A stretch of DNA of 64,000 nucleotides from Pseudobacteriovorax antillogorgiicola. GTDB taxonomy: Bacteria > Bdellovibrionota_B > Oligoflexia > Oligoflexales > RGVZ01. Each line of letters starts with the position of its first letter. The first letter of the stretch is position 1. Below the pieces are notes generated by a model that saw nothing but the letters and a program-made list of their open reading frames with translations, was not told the DNA's origin and ran no database searches. Location: positions 1 through 64,000 of the forward strand of contig CAMDHM010000002.1 in assembly GCA_945898195.1 (NCBI GenBank). The letters are read 5' to 3'. Shown here piece by piece: positions 56,611-64,000 of this stretch. The position numbers and the translations under genes were made by a program.

Positions 56611-57904
56611 TGTTTTCTTGAATTATAATTGAAAGCGTCAACGTGAACGAAGTGCCAACTAAAGGAACCGATTCCCCTTCAATTTGAATTCCGTTGCGCC
56701 TTCCTTCATCCAACACAAAACCAAATCCAAGTCCGTGACGACCGGTGGGTGAGGAAATTTTCTGCCCTTGTAAAAGTAAGTGTAGGTCTTCTTGGGATAA
56801 CCCAACCCCATTGTCTGCGATAACCATTTTCAGGTGGCCGTCGGAGATCTTAAACGAGATCGTGATCGCGCCTTCATAGGGCTTTCTGCCGGCATGTTCA
56901 ATTGCAGATAAGGCGTTCTGGGTTAGGTTCTGAATGATCAAAAAAAGCGAGCCAGTCCTCTCCCGAACGATCTGATGGGAGGCATGATCATCGACGCCAA
57001 CTTCAAATCTAATTTGCCTCGAGAGCACTTCTGGCCGAATTAAAAGTGATATGTCAGACAATAATTCCTTCACCTGGAGATCGTGGAATTCCAGCTGTCG
57101 GTCGATGTCTCGTAGGACAATCTTATTAATGCGCTTGATGAAATAAAGGCTACGCGCCAATTGTTGATGATCGATCCCTTCGTTCGAAGTTCCATTTAGT
57201 TCCAGGACCTGGATCAAATTTCCGAGTTCGTGGGAGATGGTCCGCACTTGCATCCCGATCTGAGCATTTCGCTCCGCGGCCGCCAAGCGTTCTTTGGCTG
57301 TTTCCTGCATGTTTTCGAATATAAATTGTCGACTCAAATCGCCCGTCCAAATTTCTTGAATTTTGGCGAAAAGAAAGCACGTAATTCCCATTGCAAAGGA
57401 CCCATACACTCGATCCCGGAGATCTTCGGTCGGATATAAGGCAACAAGGGCGATGGTGCCGGCAATAAGGCCAACCGACGTGACTATCGCTCGGTTGGAT
57501 TTTTTGATCATCGATACCTGAGCTGAGATCACAAGCGCTGACCAGGTCATGGCTGTGACAATCATCGGTGGCTGAAGTCCATACAGGAAGAGCAAACAAA
57601 AAATGCTTAGGTTACCAATCCAACGCGCTGCATTCCATTTGTTCGAGTACCAGTGAGGTGTCGCATCCGATTTTGCGGAGATGTTGGCGAGCCAGGTATT
57701 TGCGAGGGTGACCGATATACCCGCGCCAAGGATCCAATCGTGGTAGAGAGTTTTTGTGGTCGACGCCAGGTAATAGGAAACGACAAGAAGGCTAGTCACA
57801 GGCAAGACGACCCCAGTTGTAACTGCCCTTTGATAGCGTTCAATTCCTTTTTTAACATGAAGTGAATCGCTAGGATCGATCTTGATTTTTCCGACTGTCG
57901 GCAT
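56576..57904 (-). CDS. orphan membrane sensor histidine kinase
   Basis: Start set at the ATG at 57904 with a GGGAGG SD. The track ORF runs 75 nt further through the (AAAC)5 repeat from a TTG. Has ~5 N-terminal TM helices, an H-box (RTISHELGNLIQVL) and HATPase motifs (DNGVGL, GLGFGF). Confidence 0.75.
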   Translation of the reverse strand: MPTVGKIKIDPSDSLHVKKGIERYQRAVTTGVVLPVTSLLVVSYYLASTTKTLYHDWILGAGISVTLANTWLANISAKSDATPHWYSNKWNAARWIGNLSIFCLLFLYGLQPPMIVTAMTWSALVISAQVSMIKKSNRAIVTSVGLIAGTIALVALYPTEDLRDRVYGSFAMGITCFLFAKIQEIWTGDLSRQFIFENMQETAKERLAAAERNAQIGMQVRTISHELGNLIQVLELNGTSNEGIDHQQLARSLYFIKRINKIVLRDIDRQLEFHDLQVKELLSDISLLIRPEVLSRQIRFEVGVDDHASHQIVRERTGSLFLIIQNLTQNALSAIEHAGRKPYEGAITISFKISDGHLKMVIADNGVGLSQEDLHLLLQGQKISSPTGRHGLGFGFVLDEGRRNGIQIEGESVPLVGTSFTLTLSIIIQENIKPVSSPPCDN

Positions 57905-57961
57905 CCCAAAAGCCTCCCGAAGAAGAGCTGAATTTGCATCGGCGGGGTTTAGTCTGGACTT

Positions 57962-57981
57962 AAACAAACAAACAAACAAAC
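57962..57981. repeat. tetranucleotide microsatellite (AAAC)5
   Basis: AAACAAACAAACAAACAAAC lies ~58 bp upstream of the histidine-kinase start codon, in its promoter/5' UTR region. Confidence 0.9.
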
Positions 57982-58036
57982 AAAACCCAGTAATTTTTGG
58001 ATTTTAGGCGCGGGCGTGGGGAAAAAAAATCATGTT

Positions 58037-59008
58037 TCAATTTCGTGCGGTGTTAAGTTTTTTTCGTGTTTGTTCAAGTTGGATGAGCAGGTCGGGATCC
58101 GTTGCAGCGAGTTTTGCGAAAATTTCAAAATGTTTTTTGGATTTGGCAGCGTCACTCGATTCCAGCACTTCACCGAGAAGAAAGTGAGCCTCGGCCATTT
58201 CCGGGCGAACACGGAGGGCGCGTTCCAGAAATCCTGCGGCCTTGTCGGCTTGACCCTTCTGGCTGGTGAGGCGTCCCATACCATAAAGGGCACTGGCCGT
58301 CAGGGGAGCCTCACGCAGGGCTACTCCATAGGAATCCCCAGCCTTGCCCATGTTTCCTGTCTCAAAAAAGATGTCGCCTTCGACGCTTTTCAAAAATGGC
58401 ATGGATTCCTTGTCGGAATTCTTGAAGGCTAAATGAATTGTATTGAGGGCTTCATCAAACCGGTGAAGTTTGATCAAGATTCGAGCCGTAATGACCGACG
58501 CCTGCGTATCCTTTGAATCGGCGGCAAGTAGTTTTCTGCTGTTGGTTAAGGCTTCCGAATAGTAGCGGATCTTATAGAAGCTCCATGCAAGGGCTTTGAG
58601 GGCACGTGGATCTTTGCTGCGAGCACGCAGGGCCTGCTGGTAGCGGTAAATTCCATCACCGTAACGGCCTTCTGCGCGGCAGGCTTCGCCAAGGTAATAG
58701 TTGGTGTCAAAGTCGGCTGGAAACTTTTCAGCTGCGAGCTCAAGAATTTTAACGGCGTTACGGTAGTCTCCAGTTTTTACCAGCATGATGCCAAGATTGC
58801 GACCTGCAGCAGCGTTGGTGGGTTCGGTGGCCAAGGCTTTGCGGTACTGGTCGATGGCTTCACGTAGCAAGCCTTGCTTTGCATATTCATTGCCAAGGGT
58901 AAGGGCCGCATTGCCCGACGGTGTTTGGCAGGCGGTGATCAGAGCCATGATCCCTGCGAGTGCAAAAGCGCGAACACCAGAGTGACTTTTCATGTGCAGA
59001 ACCTCCAT
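58037..59008 (-). CDS. TPR-repeat lipoprotein
   Basis: Lipoprotein signal (…ALAGIMALITAC-Q) followed by multiple TPR repeats. 323 aa. Confidence 0.65.
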   Translation of the reverse strand: MEVLHMKSHSGVRAFALAGIMALITACQTPSGNAALTLGNEYAKQGLLREAIDQYRKALATEPTNAAAGRNLGIMLVKTGDYRNAVKILELAAEKFPADFDTNYYLGEACRAEGRYGDGIYRYQQALRARSKDPRALKALAWSFYKIRYYSEALTNSRKLLAADSKDTQASVITARILIKLHRFDEALNTIHLAFKNSDKESMPFLKSVEGDIFFETGNMGKAGDSYGVALREAPLTASALYGMGRLTSQKGQADKAAGFLERALRVRPEMAEAHFLLGEVLESSDAAKSKKHFEIFAKLAATDPDLLIQLEQTRKKLNTARN

Positions 59009-59056
59009 CGGGATGGAACGATTCTTTTATTGTATCAAAAATTCGTAGGGGAACGT

Positions 59057-59416
59057 TCAGAGGTTGTCTTTGACGTAGCGTTCCTCGTAGAGGGACCAGC
59101 AGCGGTCGTCTCCTGAATAGAAAGCCAAGACCACCTGGTTGTATTGATAATCTTTATACTTTGCTATTTTGTAAACATAGTAACGGAGTTTGGCAGAGCC
59201 ACTGCGGCCGCTGACCATTCGGTCAGGCGTGGGCATGAAGTCATCAAGAAAATAACATTCGTTCGGTGTATTCTTCAAAAAGGGCAGTGCCACTGGATCT
59301 TCCGGCTTGACGGCAATGCTTGTCTGACATCCGGCGACAATCGTAGCCAGGGTTGCCAGGTAAAACAGCGGCGATGGTTTTCGTATAATTCTCATCACTC
59401 GGAGAATCGGTGTCAT
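59057..59416 (-). CDS. small lipoprotein, function unknown
   Basis: …LATLATIVAGC-Q lipobox. 119 aa. The true start is probably the internal Met at 59395. Confidence 0.45.
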   Translation of the reverse strand: MTPILRVMRIIRKPSPLFYLATLATIVAGCQTSIAVKPEDPVALPFLKNTPNECYFLDDFMPTPDRMVSGRSGSAKLRYYVYKIAKYKDYQYNQVVLAFYSGDDRCWSLYEERYVKDNL

Positions 59417-60590
59417 GATGGCAAAGATTAATCATCAGGTTAGGTTTTGGTTTGGCCTTTCATCATTTTTACAACAATTTCTCTGTATTTCAGCGGTGCT
59501 TCAGGTGCTGGTTTTTTCGCAGGTGTCTTGTACGACCGCTGGGAAAAAGGTCCAACACAAGTGGGCTGCTTTGGATTCAAGTCTTGATTTGGAGTGCTCA
59601 CCTTGGCCGGGGGTTGATGACCTGGCGACCATATCGGATGTTGTGTTTCGCAACCCCGCAGGAGGCGAAGTTCTTGCGGCTGGCACTGGGCTGGATCGCA
59701 GCGGCAAGGCAGCCATGTTTGTTGCAGCGATTTCCAAGGACAGCAACATTGAAGCCGTGATGACCACCTACAAGGGCCCCCCGCCGCATTTGTTTAGGGG
59801 TTCTTGTCCATTGCCAAATCCGTCATCTGGGGCGGTTTTAAGGGCAGAATGGGGCGCTGCAAATAAAGATGGATGCCTGGTCCTTGGGCGTGACGCCGCT
59901 GACGCACCCGCCGTTGGGTTGATGGCTTCGTCTGGCGCAACCACAGCGATTTCCTTGGCGGGAATGGCCAAAGGTTTCGCCTCTGGACAGTCGGTGGTGC
60001 CGAAGGCCCTTGCCGATGGGTCTGTGCTCGTTGTGGCCGAGCCTGACCTCAGTGACGCTGTCAAACAGACACTTCCCTGGGTTAAGTTGAATGCTGAAAA
60101 CATCATTGAATCCGGGGTCTTGAATCTAAAAGCGGGGGCCACAATTGAGAGCGCTCGAGCGCTTCCCGTAGATGGCGGTGTTTTCTTTGCGCTGGTGACG
60201 GGCGATAGCCTGGTGGGCGAAGGTGGTCTTGAAGTGTCGTTCTTTCGTTTTGGCCTTTCCGACCCCGTTTGGTCCAAGTCGATGAAGCTGGCGCACACCC
60301 ATCTTGGTGATCCCGCCCTTGTGAGCGATGGAAGCTCTGGCCATGCCGTCCTAATGATCCCAAAATGGGTTGACCTTGAGAGCACCATTGGGACATACAG
60401 GCTAAGCCCTGAAGGCCTAGTGGCATCAGCTAATCAGGGGATTTTTCCCGGTGCATCTGTGGTGGTTGATAGCTCTCAAATAACAGGCGGCGCTGCGGTG
60501 ATGATCCGCAGCCGGACCAAGGACAAATGGCGATACAAACTTTGCGAAATGAAATGGAATGCGGCACCCTTGGATGGACCCGGATCCTAA
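59415..60590 (+). CDS. hypothetical (probably exported) protein, 391 aa
   Basis: Six-frame ORF with a hydrophobic N-terminus. Gly/Ala/Ser-rich. No motif assigned. Confidence 0.4.
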   Translation: MMAKINHQVRFWFGLSSFLQQFLCISAVLQVLVFSQVSCTTAGKKVQHKWAALDSSLDLECSPWPGVDDLATISDVVFRNPAGGEVLAAGTGLDRSGKAAMFVAAISKDSNIEAVMTTYKGPPPHLFRGSCPLPNPSSGAVLRAEWGAANKDGCLVLGRDAADAPAVGLMASSGATTAISLAGMAKGFASGQSVVPKALADGSVLVVAEPDLSDAVKQTLPWVKLNAENIIESGVLNLKAGATIESARALPVDGGVFFALVTGDSLVGEGGLEVSFFRFGLSDPVWSKSMKLAHTHLGDPALVSDGSSGHAVLMIPKWVDLESTIGTYRLSPEGLVASANQGIFPGASVVVDSSQITGGAAVMIRSRTKDKWRYKLCEMKWNAAPLDGPGS

Positions 60591-61459
60591 GAGTTTTTTC
60601 CGCTGATATCAAACTCGCCCACTCTGTTTTTGCGATGCCTTTTGCGATGGTCGGTCTTGCGCTTTCCGGCGCAGGTTGGCCCAGCCTTTCCCAAACTCTA
60701 TTTTTGCTTGTGGCGATGGTTTCCGCACGCAGTTTTGCCATGGGCATGAACCGGTACCTAGACGCCGACATTGATTCCCTCAACGAGCGCACTGTTTTGC
60801 GCGCCATTCCAGCGGGACGCCTTGGTCGTGGCCAGAGCCTCGCAATCACGGTGGCTACGGCTGTGATTTTTTTAGCGGCAGCATTTGGACTTTCGGCGAT
60901 CTGCGGTTTATTGGCGGTGCCTTTGCTGGTGATCTTGGCCTTTTATTCTCAAATGAAGCGAATTGGTTGGCTGACCCATTTTTACCTTGGCTTTTGTTTG
61001 GCCATGGCACCCGTCGCTGTGTCGATCGCTTTGACGGGTTCGGTTCCTTTGGCCACCATGTTGGTGGCGGCGGCGGTAACCTTTTGGACTGCTGGTTTTG
61101 ACATTCTTTATTCTCTGCAGGACCGGACGTTTGATCAGGCGCATGGTCTGGCAAGCATTCCGGCCAAATTTGGTGCGCGAAACTCTTTGTGGATCAGCCG
61201 CTTTTGTTTTGCGGCGATGATTATCCTGCTGGCGTCGGCGGGGCTCACGGCTGGCGGCGGAATTTTTTGGTATGTTTCCTTGATCGCAGTGGCGGCTCTA
61301 CTGTTCTGGGAACACTGGATTCTACGAAATAATGCTGAAAATATTGATGGCCATTTGATCGACAAGGCTTTTTTTACTGCAAACGCGTGGGTCAGCGTGG
61401 TTTTCTGCGCTGGCGTTCTGATGGACCACCTTGTATCCGCTTGGACGGTATTTTCATGA
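60527..61459 (+). CDS. UbiA-family aromatic prenyltransferase
   Basis: Polytopic. Asp-rich motif 'NRYLDADID'. The start is uncertain: the track start overlaps the upstream gene by 64 nt, and 60554 or a TTG at 60539 are alternatives. Confidence 0.7.
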   Translation: MAIQTLRNEMECGTLGWTRILRVFSADIKLAHSVFAMPFAMVGLALSGAGWPSLSQTLFLLVAMVSARSFAMGMNRYLDADIDSLNERTVLRAIPAGRLGRGQSLAITVATAVIFLAAAFGLSAICGLLAVPLLVILAFYSQMKRIGWLTHFYLGFCLAMAPVAVSIALTGSVPLATMLVAAAVTFWTAGFDILYSLQDRTFDQAHGLASIPAKFGARNSLWISRFCFAAMIILLASAGLTAGGGIFWYVSLIAVAALLFWEHWILRNNAENIDGHLIDKAFFTANAWVSVVFCAGVLMDHLVSAWTVFS

Positions 61460-62088
61460 GCGCAAAACCGGTTCCAGAACGCCGCGTGATGATTGCCGTT
61501 ACCGGAGCCTCTGGCAGCATTTACGCAGAGCGTTTGATTCAGCAATGTTTGGCGCGTTTTCCGCGAGTTTACATTGTGGCAACCGATGCGGCGCGGCAGG
61601 TGTCCGACCATGAACTTTCAGAAACTTCTTCAAACGGCGGTGTGTCTCTGCGCCAAATTTTGGCAGGCGATATCCCAGAGGCCCACCGCGAGGTGATTCG
61701 TTTGTTGAAACACGATGATCTTTTTGCGCCAGTCGCCAGCGGGTCCTCTGCGCCAACAGACATGATCGTCGTTCCGTGTTCGATGGGTTCCCTTGCGCGC
61801 ATTGCCCAAGGTCTATCGAGCAACCTGGTGGAGCGCGCTGCAGATGTCGTGTTGAAGCAACGCCGCAGGTTGATTATGGTTCCGCGTGAAACGCCACTCA
61901 ATGCCATTCACTTGCGCAACATGCTGACACTTAGTGAAATGGGGGTGGACATTGTCCCCGCCATGCCGGCCTTTTACCAGCATCCCAAGACCATTGATGA
62001 CATGGTGGATTTTGTGGTGGGCAGAATTTTAGAACTTCTGGATGTCGAACATGGCCTCTACCGGCCGTGGAATTCCCGGATGCGTTGA
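61456..62088 (+). CDS. ubiX: UbiX/Pad1-family flavin prenyltransferase
   Basis: …RRVMIAVTGASGSIYAERLIQ… flavoprotein fold. The ATG overlaps the UbiA-family gene's stop (ATGA). Confidence 0.75.
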   Translation: MSAKPVPERRVMIAVTGASGSIYAERLIQQCLARFPRVYIVATDAARQVSDHELSETSSNGGVSLRQILAGDIPEAHREVIRLLKHDDLFAPVASGSSAPTDMIVVPCSMGSLARIAQGLSSNLVERAADVVLKQRRRLIMVPRETPLNAIHLRNMLTLSEMGVDIVPAMPAFYQHPKTIDDMVDFVVGRILELLDVEHGLYRPWNSRMR

Positions 62089-62094
62089 GTTTTT

Positions 62095-63402
62095 TTATGA
62101 AACGGTTTTGGCCTTAAAACCAGCGGTGTGGAGTGCTCCAAGGATCGCTGCCTGCTGCTGCCGGTCCGTTGTTTCAAGATCTACGTCGATCCGCACTTCA
62201 TCATAGTAAGACATGCCGAACATCCGGTTGTGTTCCACTTCGACCAGATTTCCGCCTTGGGTGCTCAGGATGTTGAGAAATTCAACCAGCTTTCCTGGCC
62301 GATCTTCGATGATGCACGTCAAACGCATGAAACGGCCAGAGCGCAAAAGTCCCTTGGTGGCGATCCGTTGCAGCAGATTGGTATCGATGTTTCCACCAGA
62401 GACAATACATACCACGGAGGGTGCGGTGCCCTTAGGCATGGCAGGCGAGAGCAAATCTGCTTTTGATAACTTGATCAACGCGGCCGCCGTAACGGCTCCG
62501 CAGCCTTCAGCCAGCAAGTGATCGCGTTCCATGAGGCCCATGAGCGCATCAGCAATTTCATCTTCAGTAACGAGCACCACCTGGTCCACGTATTTTTGAA
62601 TCATGTTAAAAGTAAGTTCGCTTGGTTGTTTGACGGCGATGCCGTCGGCGATCGTGCGGTGGTTGCTTGAAGGTACGATCTTTCCGGCAGCCAGGCTTTT
62701 CACCACCGACGGGTAGGCTTCCGTCTGGACCCCGATCACTTTGACGTTGGGAAACTTTGTTTTGTAGGCGCAGGCGATCCCACTGATCAAACCGCCACCA
62801 CCAATGGGAACAATGATGGTTGTGGCATCGGGGACTTGGTCAAATAGCTCAAGGGCTACCGTCCCCTGGCCGGCGATGATCATGGGGTCGTCAAAAGCAT
62901 GGATGAAGTGGCCGCCGGTGGTGGCCTGAAATTCCTTCGCTGCAGTGAAGGCAGCGTCGTAGCTCTCGCCTGCAAGGTTGATGGTGGCGCCCAGGTTTTT
63001 GGTCGATTGCGCCTTTACCATCGGTGTTCTGGCTGGCATGAAGATCGTGGCGTGAACGCCGAGGCGCTTGCAAATCTGGGCGACACCTTGGGCGTGATTT
63101 CCTGCGCTGGCGGCAATAACTCCCTTCTCAAGGCTGCTCCGAGGGGCAGACAGCAGGGCGTTGGAGGCTCCCCGAATTTTAAAAGATCCCGAGAGGTTCA
63201 GACTTTCTAGCTTCAAATGAACTTTGCAGTTCGTTAATTCTTCCAGAAAATACGAGCGTTTTACCGGGGTTGCGGCGACGATCTCGCGAACGCGGGCCCA
63301 TGCCTGTTCAATTTGTGTGATGCCAATCATGTTGCCCTGCGCCATTGCTGAAGGTGGGTATTTAAGGCTCTTCAGGATAAAATAAGAACCACAGCTTCTC
63401 AA
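62095..63402 (-). CDS. ilvA: threonine dehydratase (PLP-dependent, with C-terminal ACT-like regulatory domain)
   Basis: PLP-binding 'SGSFKIRGA', Gly-rich loop 'GGGGLISG' and a C-terminal regulatory domain. The start may instead be the internal Met at 63342. Confidence 0.8.
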   Translation of the reverse strand: MRSCGSYFILKSLKYPPSAMAQGNMIGITQIEQAWARVREIVAATPVKRSYFLEELTNCKVHLKLESLNLSGSFKIRGASNALLSAPRSSLEKGVIAASAGNHAQGVAQICKRLGVHATIFMPARTPMVKAQSTKNLGATINLAGESYDAAFTAAKEFQATTGGHFIHAFDDPMIIAGQGTVALELFDQVPDATTIIVPIGGGGLISGIACAYKTKFPNVKVIGVQTEAYPSVVKSLAAGKIVPSSNHRTIADGIAVKQPSELTFNMIQKYVDQVVLVTEDEIADALMGLMERDHLLAEGCGAVTAAALIKLSKADLLSPAMPKGTAPSVVCIVSGGNIDTNLLQRIATKGLLRSGRFMRLTCIIEDRPGKLVEFLNILSTQGGNLVEVEHNRMFGMSYYDEVRIDVDLETTDRQQQAAILGALHTAGFKAKTVS

Positions 63403-63430
63403 CTTTACAGTGACTTTTCAGAGGTTCGCA

Positions 63431-64000
63431 ATGACTGTCGTGTGGATCGTCGAAAACCCGGCATCCGAAACCTCGCGCATGACAAGCCTGTTGTGTGGTT
63501 TTGTAGCGGTGCGCGCCTTTGCGACCGTGCGTTCGATGCTCAGGGTGGCATCCTGCGAGCCGCTGTCATCTGGAGGTAGCCCAAAAATTATTCTTTTAGA
63601 TCGCGAGCAAGTTTTCGTACTTCAATCATCAGAGGCGGTCATCTCTGATATTCGACAGGTTTTGAACCGCAATGGCTGGCGGGACGTGAATCTCCTAGTG
63701 GTCGATGAACACCGTGAGGATCTGGTTGATCGCGTTCGTCACTTGATTTCGAATGCCTCACCACCGATGGCCGAGGTCCGGCAAATCCACGAAGGCGATC
63801 TGAGGGTTGATTTAGATGCTGGCAAGGTGATCTGTTTGGCCTGCGGGCAACACGACACCTTATCTCCAACCGAGACGCGTTTGTTGCGGCTTCTACTCGA
63901 GCACCGGGACCGTGTGATCAGTCGTTCTGAGGTTATTGCCAAGGTTTGGAATGGAACTAAAATCGCGCCACGCAGTTTGGATGCTCACATATCTCGATTG
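63431..64000 (+). CDS. OmpR/PhoB-type response regulator, 3'-truncated by the window edge; receiver domain atypical
   Basis: Open frame from the ATG at 63431 (AGAGG SD) to the window end, 190 codons. C-terminal winged-helix segment 'LSPTETRLLRLLLEHRDRVISRSEVIAKVWNGTKIAPRSLDAHISRL'. The N-terminal REC-like region lacks the canonical acidic pocket. Confidence 0.55.
   Translation, partial: MTVVWIVENPASETSRMTSLLCGFVAVRAFATVRSMLRVASCEPLSSGGSPKIILLDREQVFVLQSSEAVISDIRQVLNRNGWRDVNLLVVDEHREDLVDRVRHLISNASPPMAEVRQIHEGDLRVDLDAGKVICLACGQHDTLSPTETRLLRLLLEHRDRVISRSEVIAKVWNGTKIAPRSLDAHISRL

Noticed and set aside
1-64000. CRISPR arrays, transposases, integrases, phage or plasmid genes, restriction-modification or other known defence systems
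   Set aside because: None were found. The only repeats are the short homopolymers and the (AAAC)5 microsatellite listed above. tRNA genes are flanked by housekeeping genes with no integrase or direct-repeat scars, so there is no evidence of a mobile island.

Overview
This 64 kb window reads as a chromosomal core region of a Gram-negative, Bdellovibrio/Oligoflexia-like bacterium. That lineage guess is inferred only from gene content and protein similarity. About 60 protein-coding genes are densely packed. Identifiable housekeeping genes are recN, class II ribonucleotide reductase nrdJ, lpxC, dnaK, RNase Y, suhB-like IMPase, rpmI-rplT, clpB, prs-rplY-pth, rpsF-rplI, dnaB, fis-like, grpE, lon, def, rpe, hutH-like, a rhomboid protease, a UbiA/UbiX pair and ilvA. 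Between them sit envelope and signalling genes: outer-membrane beta-barrel proteins, lipoproteins, a metzincin protease, a fatty-acid desaturase, a ComEC-like channel, TPR proteins, an orphan histidine kinase, a REC-TPR response regulator, a HAMP-PP2C phosphatase, a double-FHA protein and a FecR-like protein. Four tRNAs are present: Lys (partial, at the window edge), Glu, Leu and Gln. I saw no CRISPR array, transposase, integrase or phage genes. Non-coding features worth noting are a tandem pair of NrdR-box-like palindromes upstream of nrdJ, a C8 homopolymer inside an outer-membrane protein gene, an (AAAC)5 repeat in the promoter of the orphan kinase, inverted repeats upstream of grpE and lon, and several Rho-independent terminators. 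The two best candidates for undescribed biology are a TetR-led, translationally coupled operon of three unassignable proteins at 12.3-17.0 kb, and a Ser/Thr-signalling neighbourhood at 31.3-41.6 kb whose HAMP-PP2C phosphatase gene overlaps the clpB start codon.
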